A stretch of 64,000 bases of DNA from Gemmatimonadales bacterium (GCA_025935995.1 JAICUF010000001.1:22484-86483), one strand, 5' to 3'; shown: positions 17,413 to 27,966, numbered from the stretch's first letter. Translations and numbers: made by a program. Notes: generated from the letters alone by a model not told the origin.

Positions 17413-19127
17413 CGCGGCTCGGCCGGGGTGAGGGCGCAGAGCCGCGCCTGCAGCGTCGTCGTCCCCTGCCACTCATTGCATTCGATCCGGAACGCGGCAT
17501 CCACCGGCGAGTCGCCCAGCCACGCGGCACGGTCGGCCAGATGAAAGCCGATCGCCGCGACGCGGCCATGCCCATCGTCGAGCAGGCCCTTCAGGTGGCC
17601 GTTCCGCAGGTGCGCGACCTCCACGAAGCGGACGCCGCGGACGCCGAACACCGGGCTGGGATTGCCCGAGCCGGACGGCTCGAGATGGCGGCAGAGCCGC
17701 TCCAGGTCGCGCGTGACCTCGGTGAGCGGCACGACCAGATCCACCCGCTGCTCCGGGCCCAGGTCCTCCGGCGCGAGCGCCTCGCGCGCGACGCGAGCGA
17801 AGCGGTCCCGGAATTCCTCGAGCCGGCTCCGGCGGATGGTGACGCCCGCCGCCATGTGATGCCCGCCGAAGCGCTCGAGCAGATCGCCGCACTCGGACAG
17901 CGCCGAGTGCAGGTTGAAGCGCGAGATGCTCCGGCCCGATCCCTTCCCGATCTCGCCGTCGAACGCGATCAGGAAGGTCGGCCGGCCATAGCGCTCCACC
18001 ACGCGCGACGCGACGATGCCGACGACGCCGGGATGCCAGCCCTCGCCCGTGAGCACGAGCCCCGCGTCCCGGCCGGGATCGCCCTGCTCCACCTGCTCCA
18101 GCGCCTCGTCGAGGATGCGCTGGTCCAGGGTCTGGCGCTCGGCATTCAGCGCGTCGAGCCGGCGCGCGAGCGCGCCGGCCTCCGCGGGGTCGGTCGAAAG
18201 CAGCAGGCGGAGGCCGTCGGCCGGATCGCCAATCCGCCCGGCGGCATTGAGGCGCGGCCCCAGCACGAAGCCGAGCTGGCCGGAGCGAATGTCGCGGCCG
18301 GCGTGGCCGGCCACCTCGATCAACGCGCGGAGCCCGGGCCAGCGGCTCTGCTGCAGCACCTTGAGACCATGCTTCACCAGGATCCGGTTCTCACCCACGA
18401 GCGGCACCACATCCGCCACCGTCGCGAGCGCCACGAGATCCAGCAGGTGGAACGGCAGATTTGCCGGGAGTCCGAGCAGCGGGGCCAGCGCCTGGACGAG
18501 CTTGAACGCGACGCCGGTGCCGCAGAGCTGGCTCAGCCCCGAATGGTCCTCGATCCGCTGCGGATCGACCACCGCCCGCGCGGCGGGCAGCACCGGTCCC
18601 GGTATGTGGTGATCGGTGACGACGACTCCGATGCCCGCCTCGGCCGCCGCGGCGACCGCCTCCACCGCGGTGATGCCGCAGTCGCAGGTGATGATGAGTG
18701 ACGCGCCGGCCGCGCGGGCGGCTGCGAGTCCGGCGGGGCCGAAGTCGTAGCCGTCCCGCAGTCGGTGGGGAATGAACGGCACCACGCGCGCGCCCGCGAT
18801 GCGAAGCGTCTGGGTCAGCAGCGCGGTCGCGCACTGGCCGTCCACGTCGTAGTCGCCGTGGACCATGACCGTGCGTCCGGCGGTGACCGCCTCCGCCACG
18901 GCGCGCGCGGCGTTGTCGAGATCGAAGAGCGACGATGGATCGGCCAGATCGGAGAGCGCGGGCTTCAGGAATCGGCGGGCGAGCTCGGGGGTCGCGTGGC
19001 CCCGCTGCACGAGGAGCGCGGCAAGCGCACGCGGCAGGCCAAGCTCGGACGAGAGCATGGCCACGGCGGCCGGGTCCGGCTCGGCGCACACCGCCCACCT
19101 GAGCTGCGGAGCGGGAAACGTGGTCAT
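17409..19127 (-). CDS. recJ: Single-stranded-DNA-specific exonuclease RecJ
   Basis: 572 aa. DHH motifs VMVHGDYDVDGQCA, IITCDCGI, VVVTDHH. DHHA1 motif GGHHMAAGVTI. Confidence 0.95.
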   Translation of the reverse strand: MTTFPAPQLRWAVCAEPDPAAVAMLSSELGLPRALAALLVQRGHATPELARRFLKPALSDLADPSSLFDLDNAARAVAEAVTAGRTVMVHGDYDVDGQCATALLTQTLRIAGARVVPFIPHRLRDGYDFGPAGLAAARAAGASLIITCDCGITAVEAVAAAAEAGIGVVVTDHHIPGPVLPAARAVVDPQRIEDHSGLSQLCGTGVAFKLVQALAPLLGLPANLPFHLLDLVALATVADVVPLVGENRILVKHGLKVLQQSRWPGLRALIEVAGHAGRDIRSGQLGFVLGPRLNAAGRIGDPADGLRLLLSTDPAEAGALARRLDALNAERQTLDQRILDEALEQVEQGDPGRDAGLVLTGEGWHPGVVGIVASRVVERYGRPTFLIAFDGEIGKGSGRSISRFNLHSALSECGDLLERFGGHHMAAGVTIRRSRLEEFRDRFARVAREALAPEDLGPEQRVDLVVPLTEVTRDLERLCRHLEPSGSGNPSPVFGVRGVRFVEVAHLRNGHLKGLLDDGHGRVAAIGFHLADRAAWLGDSPVDAAFRIECNEWQGTTTLQARLCALTPAEPR

Positions 19128-20959
19128 CCGCGGCCCGGCGGCCGGCGACGCGCCGAGGACCGGCGGTACATCCAGCGCTCGTAGGCCTGCGGAAATCGCT
19201 GCCGGATCTCCGCCTTGCGGCGCTGCATTTCATCCATGAGCTTGCCCTTTTCAACGTCAGTGCCCACAACGAGTTGCGATTTCAGCTTCAAGTATTCGAT
19301 GATGAGCGGCCGAGCGGCCAGCTTCTGCCACACGCCATCGAAGATCGACTGGATGTCCTGCGTCGCGAGCTCGTCCTGGCGGGCGCGGATGCGATCCCAC
19401 AGGCGAAAGGCGGGCTCCGACAGCTCGAGGTCGGTGCCGGGAATGAAGCGCTCTCCGTGCCCGAGCGCGACGCGGAAGAGCTCCTTCGCCGCCGGGGTAC
19501 GGATCCACGCGGGGTCGATCTGACGCCGGGCGAGGTCGAGCCACGGATCGCCGAGGAGCATGATGCGGAGCAGCTCCCATTCGGCGCGGGACGCGAGCGG
19601 CCTCTCGCGGACCGGCGCAACGCCGGTCGCCTCGACCGCGGCCTCCTCCGATGCCGCGGCGGGCGCGGCGCCGGCCCGGGCCGATTGCCGGGCGGCTTCC
19701 GCCTCGAGCACGCGCTTCTCCACGCCGGCCCGCTCCGCCACGCGGCTCAGGTACAGCTCGCGCGTGATCGGGTCCGCCGCGGCCCGGACGGTGGGCAGCA
19801 GCCGGTCGAGCGCCTCCCGGCGGTGCTCGATGTCCTCGAACCAGCCGCGACGCTCGAGCAGCTGGATCTTCCGCTCCAGCAGATCCACGGCGTCGGCGAG
19901 GATCGGCTCGAGCGCGCCGGCGCCGCCTTTCCGCACGAGTGAATCAGGATCCTCGCCCGGGGGCATGGTGGCGACCTTCACGCGGACCTCATGGCGCAGC
20001 AGCTCGTCGCCCGCGCGGAAGGTGGCCTTGAGGCCGGCCTGGTCGCTGTCGTAGAGCAGCGTCGCTCCCGGCGCATAGCGCTTGATGAGCGCCGCCTGCT
20101 CGTGCGTGAGCGCGGTACCGAGCGGCGCCACGACGTTTTCGAGGCCTGCCGCGACGAGCCGGATGACGTCGAAGTAGCCCTCGACCAGAATCACCGATTC
20201 CTCCCGGCGCATCGCGTGGCGGGCGGCGTGCAGGTTGTAGAGCGTCCGCCCCTTCCGGAAGATCTCGCTCTCGGGCGAGTTGAGGTACTTGGGCTCGCCC
20301 GGACCGAGGATGCGGCCGCCGAACGCGACGACACGGCCGCGCTGGTCGTGGATCGGGAAGATGAGCCGGCCCCGGAACCGCGCGACCATCGAGCCGTCCT
20401 CGCGCTTAGCCGCGAGGCCCGCGCGCAGCAGCACCGGATCGCCGATCCCGAGTGCGCGCATCGCGTCGAGCGAGGCGTTGCCGCGGGATGCGTAGCCGAG
20501 GAGCAGCGACGCCGACTGCTCCGGCGTGATCTCGCGGGACGCCAGGTACTCCCGCGCCGCGGCGGCCTCCGGCAGCTCGGCCAGCTGCCGGATGAACCAG
20601 TCGTGCGCCGCGGCCACGGCACCGTAAAGCGGCTCGTTCGGATCGGGCCCCGCCTGGGCGGCCCGCTCCGGGATCACGATACCCGAGCGCCGGGCGACAT
20701 CGCGTACCGCCGTCGGGTAGTCCATACCGAAACGCTTCATGAGGTAGGAGAAGACGTCGCCCGCCTCATGACACTTGTAGCAGTAGAAGAGCCCCTTCTT
20801 CGGAATGACGGCGAAGTTGCGGTTCTTCCCCCCGTGGAAGGGGCAGGGCCCGCGCCAGTCGGCGCCGGTGCGCTTGAGCTCGACGCTCTCGCCGATGATG
20901 CCGATGATGTCGGCGCTCTCGCGCACCTGCTCGATGACGTCCTCGGGGATCATGCTCAT
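19124..20959 (-). CDS. dnaG: DNA primase
   Basis: 611 aa. Zinc finger (CPFHGGKNRNFAVIPKKGLFYCYKCHEAGD), RNA polymerase core and TOPRIM (VILVEGYFDV...YDSDQAG). Confidence 0.95.
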   Translation of the reverse strand: MSMIPEDVIEQVRESADIIGIIGESVELKRTGADWRGPCPFHGGKNRNFAVIPKKGLFYCYKCHEAGDVFSYLMKRFGMDYPTAVRDVARRSGIVIPERAAQAGPDPNEPLYGAVAAAHDWFIRQLAELPEAAAAREYLASREITPEQSASLLLGYASRGNASLDAMRALGIGDPVLLRAGLAAKREDGSMVARFRGRLIFPIHDQRGRVVAFGGRILGPGEPKYLNSPESEIFRKGRTLYNLHAARHAMRREESVILVEGYFDVIRLVAAGLENVVAPLGTALTHEQAALIKRYAPGATLLYDSDQAGLKATFRAGDELLRHEVRVKVATMPPGEDPDSLVRKGGAGALEPILADAVDLLERKIQLLERRGWFEDIEHRREALDRLLPTVRAAADPITRELYLSRVAERAGVEKRVLEAEAARQSARAGAAPAAASEEAAVEATGVAPVRERPLASRAEWELLRIMLLGDPWLDLARRQIDPAWIRTPAAKELFRVALGHGERFIPGTDLELSEPAFRLWDRIRARQDELATQDIQSIFDGVWQKLAARPLIIEYLKLKSQLVVGTDVEKGKLMDEMQRRKAEIRQRFPQAYERWMYRRSSARRRPPGRG

Positions 20960-23415
20960 CCGGCGAGCTCGGCGATCGTGACGCCGGTGCCGCCCTGGCT
21001 GCGCGGCGCGAAGTCGAAGCCCCGCACCCGCCGGTCGGAGCCGAGGACGCGGCGGACGCGCTCGCGCACCACGCCCGTCCCCATGCCGTGGATGATCCGG
21101 AGGATGGGATACTCCGCCAGCACCGCGGCATCCACCGCGGCAAGCGTTGCCATCTCGGCCTCGTCGCCGGTCATGCCGCGGAGGTCGATCTCCATCCGGG
21201 CCTCCGGGCCGGCCGGGATCTCGGCGGGTGCGTGCCGCTCCGGCACCGGCGCCGCTGCCACCGGCGTCACCGCGCTCGGATCCACGACCATGCGCATCGC
21301 GCCGACGCGGACGACGAGCCGCCCATCGCTCCGCACCTCCAGCACCTCACCCGCGGAGCCCGCCGAGACGCGGACACGCTGGCCCGGCTCGATCCGGCCC
21401 ACGGCGATGTCGGCGGGCTCCACGTCCGCGTCCACCGCTTCGATGGCCTCACCCTCGCGGCGGATGCCTTCCTCCACCAGCCGACGCGCTTCGCGAGCGG
21501 CCGCGTCGTCGGCTGCCCCCTTCGCCGTGCCGAGCGCTTCCTCCACGCGTTGGCGGGCGTCGAGCAGGAATACGCGGGCCTGTTCGCGCGCCCGCCGCTC
21601 GGCCTCCTTTTCGCGGCGACGAAGGTCCGCCTCGCGCGCGGTCTGCGCCTCGTGCTGCGCGGTGAGCCGCGCGGCCAGCGCATCCGTATCGATGGTCCGC
21701 GCCTCGAGTGCGTCCGACTGCAGCGCGAGCTCGCGCTGCCGTGTCTCCACCGCCGCCAGCAGCGCATCGAGGTTCCGTTCCGCCTCGGGTACCCGCTGCC
21801 CGGCGTCTTCGATGACTTCCGCGGGCAGTCCCAGCCGCCGCGCGATCGCGAGGCCGTACGAGCGGCCCGGCACGCCCTTGAGGAAGCGGTAGGTCGGCGT
21901 GAGGGTCGCGGCATCGAACTGGAGCGACGCATTGACGACGCCCGGGACGCGCGCCGCGATCGTCTTGAGCGAGCCCAGGTGCGTGGTGGCGAGGGTCACG
22001 GTGCGCCGGCCGGTGAGCGACACCAGCACCGCCGCGGCGAGCGCGGCACCTTCGGCGGGATCGGTGCCGCTTCCGACTTCGTCGAGCAGCACGAGCGTCG
22101 CGTCGTCCGCCTCCGCCAGGATCCGGCCCAGCATCCGCACGTGAGCACTGAAGGTGGAGAGACTCGCGGCGATCGACTGCCGGTCGCCGATGTCGGCGAA
22201 GAAACGGGTGAAGACCGGCAGCGCGCTCCCGGCACTCAACGGAGCGACGATGCCGCTCTGCGCGAGCGCGGAGGCAAGAGCGACGGCCTTGAGGAGGACG
22301 GTCTTGCCGCCCGTGTTGGGCCCGCTCACGAGCAGCGTATGCTCGCCGGCGGGCAGCTCCAGGTCGAAGGGGATGACGGGATGGGATGCCGCGAGCAGCA
22401 GGGGGTGTCGGCCGTTCCGGACGACGAGCGCGGCCGGCGCGGCCGCAACAGCGGGCACCTCACCGGCCACCGCGACCATGTACCGGGCGCGGGCCACCGC
22501 ATCGTCCACCGCCACGCACATCTCGAGCGCGCCGCGGAGCGCCGGCCGGTCGGGGCGCAGCAGATCGGTCAGCTCCCGCAGCACCCGCAGCGTTTCCCGC
22601 TCCTCGGCGACCTCCGCCTCGCGGAGCGCGTTGCCCGACTCGACCGCCTCCGACGGCTCGATGAAGAGTGTGCCCTGGCTGCCCGACTCGTCGTGGATGA
22701 TCCCGCCGGGCCGGCTCCGCTGATCGCGGCGGACCGGAATGACGTAGCGGCCGTTCCGGACGGTGACGCTCGCGTCGCTCGACGACTCGATGCCCCGGAG
22801 GATGCCGTCGAGCTTCCGGAGGAGTCGCTGTCGCGCCACCTGCACGTCGCGGCGCGCCGCGGCGAGGGCGGGACTCGCAGTGTCGAGGAGATTGCCGTCG
22901 TCGTCCACCGACTGCTCCAGCCGGCGCTCGACGGCGCGGGCCGGCAGCTCGACCGCCAGGGCGGCGGCGCGGGGCGCGACCTCGGCCACCCGGCGGAGAT
23001 CGTCGCGCACGCGGCGCGCGGCGACCAGTAGCAGCCGGATGCCGGCGAGCTCCACGCCATCCAGCACGCTGCCCTCGATGCGAAGGCGCGCGAGCGCCGG
23101 ACCCACGTCGCGCACCGGCTCCGCCACCAGCTCGTCGCCGCGGCGGAAGAGAGCGGCGACCTCACCGGCGAGCGCCAGCTCGTCCCGGATCCACTCGACG
23201 TCGGCCACGGGCGTGCGCGCCCGGACGCGCGCCGCTCCCAGGGGTCCGGCGGCGTGGGCCGCGACCAGCTCGAGGACCGCGGGGAACTCGATCGTTTCGA
23301 GCGCATCCGCCACCGCCCCGGACGGAAGCTGCGCCGGCCGGGGGCGTGAAGCGAACGGGGTGCCGACCGTCTCGGTGGGCACCCCGTCCGGTGAGGGGAC
23401 CGCCTCGACGGTCAT
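20956..23415 (-). CDS. mutS2: Endonuclease MutS2 (MutS domain plus C-terminal Smr)
   Basis: 819 aa. Walker A LVSGPNTGGKT, then LLDEVGSGTDP. The C-terminal Smr is EIDLRGMTGDEA...LRIIHGMGTGVVR. Confidence 0.93.
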   Translation of the reverse strand: MTVEAVPSPDGVPTETVGTPFASRPRPAQLPSGAVADALETIEFPAVLELVAAHAAGPLGAARVRARTPVADVEWIRDELALAGEVAALFRRGDELVAEPVRDVGPALARLRIEGSVLDGVELAGIRLLLVAARRVRDDLRRVAEVAPRAAALAVELPARAVERRLEQSVDDDGNLLDTASPALAAARRDVQVARQRLLRKLDGILRGIESSSDASVTVRNGRYVIPVRRDQRSRPGGIIHDESGSQGTLFIEPSEAVESGNALREAEVAEERETLRVLRELTDLLRPDRPALRGALEMCVAVDDAVARARYMVAVAGEVPAVAAAPAALVVRNGRHPLLLAASHPVIPFDLELPAGEHTLLVSGPNTGGKTVLLKAVALASALAQSGIVAPLSAGSALPVFTRFFADIGDRQSIAASLSTFSAHVRMLGRILAEADDATLVLLDEVGSGTDPAEGAALAAAVLVSLTGRRTVTLATTHLGSLKTIAARVPGVVNASLQFDAATLTPTYRFLKGVPGRSYGLAIARRLGLPAEVIEDAGQRVPEAERNLDALLAAVETRQRELALQSDALEARTIDTDALAARLTAQHEAQTAREADLRRREKEAERRAREQARVFLLDARQRVEEALGTAKGAADDAAAREARRLVEEGIRREGEAIEAVDADVEPADIAVGRIEPGQRVRVSAGSAGEVLEVRSDGRLVVRVGAMRMVVDPSAVTPVAAAPVPERHAPAEIPAGPEARMEIDLRGMTGDEAEMATLAAVDAAVLAEYPILRIIHGMGTGVVRERVRRVLGSDRRVRGFDFAPRSQGGTGVTIAELAG

Positions 23416-23855
23416 CCGCCCTGCAGCTCCTCACGCACGATGCCGTTGATCACCTTTCCGTCGGCGCGCCCCTTGAACTGCGGGAGGACCTGCGCCATCA
23501 CCTTGCCGATGTCGCCGGCGCCGCCCGCGATCGCCGCGCGGACCGCCGCGCGGATGTCCGCGGGATCGGCGGCGGCCGGCAGAAATTCCTCGAGCACACG
23601 GATCTGACCCGTCTCGGCGGCGACGAGATCGGCGCGTCCGGCCTTCTCGTACTGCTCGACCGACTCGCGCCGGGTCTTGATCCCCTTGCGGAGTACCTCG
23701 ATGGTCTCGTCGTCGGTGACCGGTCGCCGAAGCTCGATCTGGCGGTTCTTGAGCGAGGCGAGAATGGTGCCCAGCACAAGGGTGCGCTCCTTGTTCTGCG
23801 CCTTGCGCGCCGCGTTCATCGCCGCCTGAATCTGCTCCGCCATCGTGGAAGACAA
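23412..23855 (-). CDS. yqeY: GatB/YqeY domain-containing protein
   Basis: 147 aa: ...MNAARKAQNKERTLVLGTILASLKNRQIE...TIEVLRKGIKTRRESVEQYEKAGRADLVAAE...LEEFLP...IGKVMAQVLPQFKGRADGKVIN. Confidence 0.85.
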   Translation of the reverse strand: MSSTMAEQIQAAMNAARKAQNKERTLVLGTILASLKNRQIELRRPVTDDETIEVLRKGIKTRRESVEQYEKAGRADLVAAETGQIRVLEEFLPAAADPADIRAAVRAAIAGGAGDIGKVMAQVLPQFKGRADGKVINGIVREELQGG

Positions 23856-23936
23856 ATGACCTCTTTTCTCACCGGTAACGGGTTGGCTGTCAACGATTTG
23901 CTAAGCTATCGGCCGCGCGGGGCCGGAGCAAGCGTG

Positions 23937-24296
23937 TCACCCGGGTGGCCAGCTCATCCGCCGGCCGCCGAGGAGATGCAGGTGCAGATGCGCGACGCTC
24001 TGCCCCGCGTCGGGGCCCGTGTTCGTCACCAGCCGGTAGCCTCCGGCGTCGAGGCCCAGCTCCGTCGCCACTTCCGCCGCGAACTGGAGCAGCCGGCCGA
24101 GCAGCGCCTCCCCTTCGGGGCCCGTCGCATCCCGCACCGCCCCGACGTGAGCCGACGGAATGACGAGCACGTGGGTCGGCGCGCGCGGATCGAGGTCACG
24201 AAACGCCACCGCATCGGGCGAGCGGCGGACCACCGTCGCCGGAATCTCTCCGGCGACGATCCGGCAGAAGATGCAGTCAGCCGCGGCCGAGCTCAT
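23937..24296 (-). CDS. Histidine triad (HIT) family nucleotide hydrolase
   Basis: 119 aa: CIFCRIVAGEIPA...AFRDLDPRAPTHVLVIP...GYRLVTNTGPDAGQSVAHLHLHLLGG. Confidence 0.9.
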   Translation of the reverse strand: MSSAAADCIFCRIVAGEIPATVVRRSPDAVAFRDLDPRAPTHVLVIPSAHVGAVRDATGPEGEALLGRLLQFAAEVATELGLDAGGYRLVTNTGPDAGQSVAHLHLHLLGGRRMSWPPG

Positions 24297-24999
24297 TCGC
24301 CTGCCTCCCTCGCGTGATCGCGATCCACGCCGCGGCGGCCACCGCGGCCGTCTCGAATCTCAGCACGTTGCCGCCCAGCCGCCGAGGCGTCCACCCCGCC
24401 GCGCGGAGCAGGTCGCGCTCGCGGTCCGCCAGACCGCCCTCGGGCCCGATCATGACCGCGGCCGGGATCGGTTCTTCCCCATCGGGCCAGTCCCCATCCG
24501 CGTCCGCCAGCCAGCGGGGGGAGCCGGCCGCGATCTCGGCGGCGGCCGGAAGGGGGAGGGGAAGATCGAGCATCGGCGCCCACGCGGCGCCGCTCTGCTT
24601 GATCACCTCGAGGGCGCGGCGCCGGAGCCGCGCGACGTGCCCCGCCCCGACACGCGTGGCGACGTTCGCCGAGCGCGCCGTCTCGACGGGCACGATCCGG
24701 GTGACGCCGAGCTCGGCCGCCTTCTCGACGAGCCAGCCGAAGCGGTCGCGGTCGCCCGCGGCGACGAGCAGGTCGAGGGCCGGCGCCGGCGGCTCGATCC
24801 GCGCGGTGACGACGCGAACCAGGGCATGCCGTGCCGTGCTCTCCAGCAGGATCGCCTCGCCGACGAGACCGGCGCCATCCCGAAGCTCCAGGTGCTCGCC
24901 CGGCTCGGCGCGGCGCACGCGGAGGTGATGCGCTTCCTCCGCGGGCAGCTCGAGGAGTGCGTCGGGGGCGGCGCCGCCCTCCGGGGCCAGGACGATCAT
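24277..24999 (-). CDS. rsmE: 16S rRNA (uracil1498-N3)-methyltransferase
   Basis: ORF trimmed to ATG 24997-24999 (ATGA overlap). Motifs HHLRVRR...DRFGWLVEKAAELGV..IVPV...MIGPEGGL...LGGNVLRFETAAVAA. Confidence 0.88.
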   Translation of the reverse strand: MIVLAPEGGAAPDALLELPAEEAHHLRVRRAEPGEHLELRDGAGLVGEAILLESTARHALVRVVTARIEPPAPALDLLVAAGDRDRFGWLVEKAAELGVTRIVPVETARSANVATRVGAGHVARLRRRALEVIKQSGAAWAPMLDLPLPLPAAAEIAAGSPRWLADADGDWPDGEEPIPAAVMIGPEGGLADRERDLLRAAGWTPRRLGGNVLRFETAAVAAAAWIAITRGRQANELGRG

Positions 25000-25820
25000 T
25001 GCCGCCGGGCCGCGACTCCCCACCACCCGGCATCGGTCACCTCGTCTTCGACCGCGAAGCCGGCGTCGAGGAGCACCGGCCGGAAGAGGGGTGCCTCGAC
25101 CTCCTCCATGCCCGAGAAGACGACGAGCCCGCCGGGCCGCGTGCCGGCCGCGATCGCGGGAATCAGGCGCACGTTCACGGTCCGGAGAATGTTGGAGAGC
25201 ACGAGATCGGCGGGGCCGGCGAGCGGGGCGAGCTCGGCGGCGTCCCCCTCGAGAAAACGTACCGCGCCGGCCACGACGTTGAGCTCCGCGTTCCGCGCAG
25301 CGACCACGTTCGACTCGGGGTCGAGCTCGACGCCGACCGCGTGCGCGGCGCCGAGCTTTACCGCGGCGATCGACAGGATCCCGCTGCCGCTTCCGAGGTC
25401 GGTGACCCGGTCGCCCGGACGAAGATGGCGCTCGAGCAGGGAGAGCGCCGCGCGCGTGGAGCCGTGTTCCCCGCTTCCGAAAGCACTCTCGGGGTCCAGG
25501 ACGACCGTGACCCCATCCGCCGGCGGAGCGAGCCAGGAGGGCGTCACCGTGAGCCGCCCGAATCGGCGCGCAGCGATGCCCTCGCGCCAGCGCGTGGTCC
25601 AGTCGACCGGGTCCAGCGGCCGGCGGCTCACGGTGACACCGCCGTTTCGCTCGTGCAGCTCGCGCAGCAGCCTGTCGGCGCCGGCTTCGTCGGCCGCGAA
25701 AGTGACGAGGGTGCCGTCGTCGCGCTCCTCGATGGCCTGCCCCGTACGCGCCACCAGCCAGGCGCCGACGGCGTCCCGCTCGGCCGCGGGGGGACGCACA
25801 TCGATCGCCCACCAGCTCAT
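24996..25820 (-). CDS. prmA: Ribosomal protein L11 methyltransferase
   Basis: 274 aa: DWTTRWREGIAARRFGRLTV.PSW...LDPESAFGSGEHGSTRAAL...VTDLGSGSGILSIAAVKLGA...NIL. Confidence 0.9.
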   Translation of the reverse strand: MSWWAIDVRPPAAERDAVGAWLVARTGQAIEERDDGTLVTFAADEAGADRLLRELHERNGGVTVSRRPLDPVDWTTRWREGIAARRFGRLTVTPSWLAPPADGVTVVLDPESAFGSGEHGSTRAALSLLERHLRPGDRVTDLGSGSGILSIAAVKLGAAHAVGVELDPESNVVAARNAELNVVAGAVRFLEGDAAELAPLAGPADLVLSNILRTVNVRLIPAIAAGTRPGGLVVFSGMEEVEAPLFRPVLLDAGFAVEDEVTDAGWWGVAARRQ

Positions 25821-26932
25821 GCGCCGAGCGCTTCCTTGAGGCGCGACCAGAAGCCGGAGCCGCGCTTCGGCGGCTCGCCCTCGATCAGCGCGAGCTGCCG
25901 GAAGAGGGCCACCTGCTCCTCGGTGAGCCGCTCTGGCGTCCAGACGTGGAGTCGCACATGGAGATCGCCGGTGCCCGACTGGTTCAAGTGCTTGAGCCCC
26001 TTCCCCTGCAGCGTGAGCGTGCTGCCCGTCTGCGTTCCGGCGGGGACCTTCAGCGTCTCGTCACCGTAGGGCGTGGGGACGACGAACTCGCCGCCGAGCG
26101 CCGCCTGCGAGAAGGAGAGCGCCATGTCGTAGACGAGGTCGTCGCCCTGCCGCTCGAAGCGCTCATCGTCCTTGATGTCGAGCATGACGAGCAGGTCGCC
26201 GTTGGGCCCGTTGCGCCGGCCGGCCGCACCCTGGCCCCGGAGGGTCAGGTAGTTGTTGGCCGACACGCCCGCGGGAATGTCCACGACGACGGTGCGATCG
26301 GCCCGCACGCGGCCTTCCCCGCGGCACACCTCGCAGCTCTCGCGCACCACCGTGCCCTCGCCGGCGCACGTGGGACACGGCGAGACGGAGACGAACTGCC
26401 CGAACACGCTGCGCGCGGCCCGTCGCACCTCGCCGCTGCCGCCGCAGGTCGAGCACTGGCTGGGCCGCGTGCCGGCCTTTGCGCCGGAGCCCTCACAGGC
26501 CTCGCACCGGTCAAAGCTCTTGAGCTTGACCGTGCGCTTCACCCCGGTCGCGACTTCCGCCAGGGTGAGCCGCACGTTCACGCGGATGTCCTGCCCGCGG
26601 CGGCTGTCGGTCTGCGCACGGGCGGCGCCGAAGATCGACTCGAACCCGCCGAAGTCGCGCATGAAGATGTTGAGCGCCTCGCTCAGGTCCACATGATGGA
26701 ACCCGCCCGCGGCCGAGCCGACGCCGGCCTTGCCGTAGCGGTCGTACATCGCCCGCTTCTCGGCATGGCAGAGGACCTCGTAGGCCTCGGTGATCTCCTT
26801 GAACTTCGCCTCGGCGCCGTCCTCGGGATTCCGGTCCGGATGGTACTGCATCGCCAGCCGGCGGTACGCCTTCTTGATGTCGGTCTCCGTGGCGTCGCGC
26901 GGCACGCCGAGGAGGGCGTAGTAGTCGCTCAC
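25817..26932 (-). CDS. dnaJ: Molecular chaperone DnaJ
   Basis: ORF trimmed to GTG 26930-26932, a GTGA overlap with the hrcA stop. J domain DYYALLGVPRDATETDIKKAYRRLAMQYHPDRN. Four CxxCxGxG zinc repeats (CEACEGSG, CSTCGGSG, CPTCAGEG, CEVCRGEG). Confidence 0.95.
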   Translation of the reverse strand: MSDYYALLGVPRDATETDIKKAYRRLAMQYHPDRNPEDGAEAKFKEITEAYEVLCHAEKRAMYDRYGKAGVGSAAGGFHHVDLSEALNIFMRDFGGFESIFGAARAQTDSRRGQDIRVNVRLTLAEVATGVKRTVKLKSFDRCEACEGSGAKAGTRPSQCSTCGGSGEVRRAARSVFGQFVSVSPCPTCAGEGTVVRESCEVCRGEGRVRADRTVVVDIPAGVSANNYLTLRGQGAAGRRNGPNGDLLVMLDIKDDERFERQGDDLVYDMALSFSQAALGGEFVVPTPYGDETLKVPAGTQTGSTLTLQGKGLKHLNQSGTGDLHVRLHVWTPERLTEEQVALFRQLALIEGEPPKRGSGFWSRLKEALGA

Positions 26933-27966
26933 TCGAGCAATCCTTCCACCAGCTGGCTCGTATGCTCCACCAGGCCGATGATCTTGTCGTAGGGCATGCG
27001 GGTCGGTCCGATCACGCCGATCACGCCGGCGAGCTCGCCGATGCGGTAGGAGGACGTGACCAGGGTGAGGTCGGCGAGGCGGGGATCGGTGTTCTCGCCG
27101 CCGATCGTGATCGAAAGCCCGGAGCGCCGGCGCGATTCGAGCGCCTGGCGGAGGAGGTCCCGCCGCTCGGTGAGCTGCAGAAGATTCCGCATCCGCGTGT
27201 TCGAGGCGAACTCGGGCTGGTCGGCGAGCATCTGCGCGCTGCTCAGGACCACGGCCGCGGGCTCCTCGGGCAGCTCGAAGATGCCGTCGCCTTCGGCGAT
27301 GAAGATGTTGAGCAGCTCGCGCACACCGGGGGACGGATCGGCATCGCGAAGGCGCTCGGGAAGGGTCGCCCGGATCTCGCGGAGCGTATGACCCGCGAGC
27401 CGCTCGTTCAGCAGCTGGGCGATCCGCTGCACCGCATCGGGCGCCACCGTCGCCGGCACCTGCACGAAGATGGTGCGCACCACGCCGCTTCGGAGGTTGA
27501 AGACGAGAAGCAGCCGATCGGAGCTCACGCGCACCAGCTCGAGGCGGTCGAGCACCACCGTTTCGAGTGCCGGGCCAACGGCCACGCCGAGCTCCTGCGT
27601 CAGCACGCCCAGCACCTGCGCCGCGCGATGGAGCACCTCGTCGACCACCGTCCGCGAGGCCTCGAGTCCGGCCTTGAGTGCCGTGCGCTCCTCGGCGCTC
27701 GGCGGCGAGCGGTGCATCATGTGATCCACGTAGACCCGGTAGGCGCGGTCGGTCGGCACCCGGCCGGCGGAGGTGTGCGGATGGAAGAGATAGCCGCGCT
27801 CCTCGAGCTCGCTCATGATGCTCCGGATGGTGGCGGACGACACGCCGAGCCCGAACCGGCGCGCGATGGTCTGGCTCCCCGCGGGCTCGGCCGTCTCCAC
27901 GTACGTCTGCACCACCGCCTCGAGAACTCGAAGCTGGCGATCGGTAAGCCGATCTGTCACGGACAT
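26929..27966 (-). CDS. hrcA: Heat-inducible transcription repressor HrcA
   Basis: 345 aa: LTDRQLRVLEAVVQTYVETAEPAGSQTIARRF.LGVSSATIRSIMSELEERGYLFHPHTSAGRVPTDRAYRVYVD. Confidence 0.93.
   Translation of the reverse strand: MSVTDRLTDRQLRVLEAVVQTYVETAEPAGSQTIARRFGLGVSSATIRSIMSELEERGYLFHPHTSAGRVPTDRAYRVYVDHMMHRSPPSAEERTALKAGLEASRTVVDEVLHRAAQVLGVLTQELGVAVGPALETVVLDRLELVRVSSDRLLLVFNLRSGVVRTIFVQVPATVAPDAVQRIAQLLNERLAGHTLREIRATLPERLRDADPSPGVRELLNIFIAEGDGIFELPEEPAAVVLSSAQMLADQPEFASNTRMRNLLQLTERRDLLRQALESRRRSGLSITIGGENTDPRLADLTLVTSSYRIGELAGVIGVIGPTRMPYDKIIGLVEHTSQLVEGLLE

Noticed and set aside
23865-23893. A promoter upstream of yqeY: a perfect -35 TTGACA on the minus strand (23888-23893).
   Set aside because: The best -10 hexamers at 16-18 nt spacing (TGAGAA, GAGAAA, AGAAAA) are poor. 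A lone -35 match is not enough to call a promoter.
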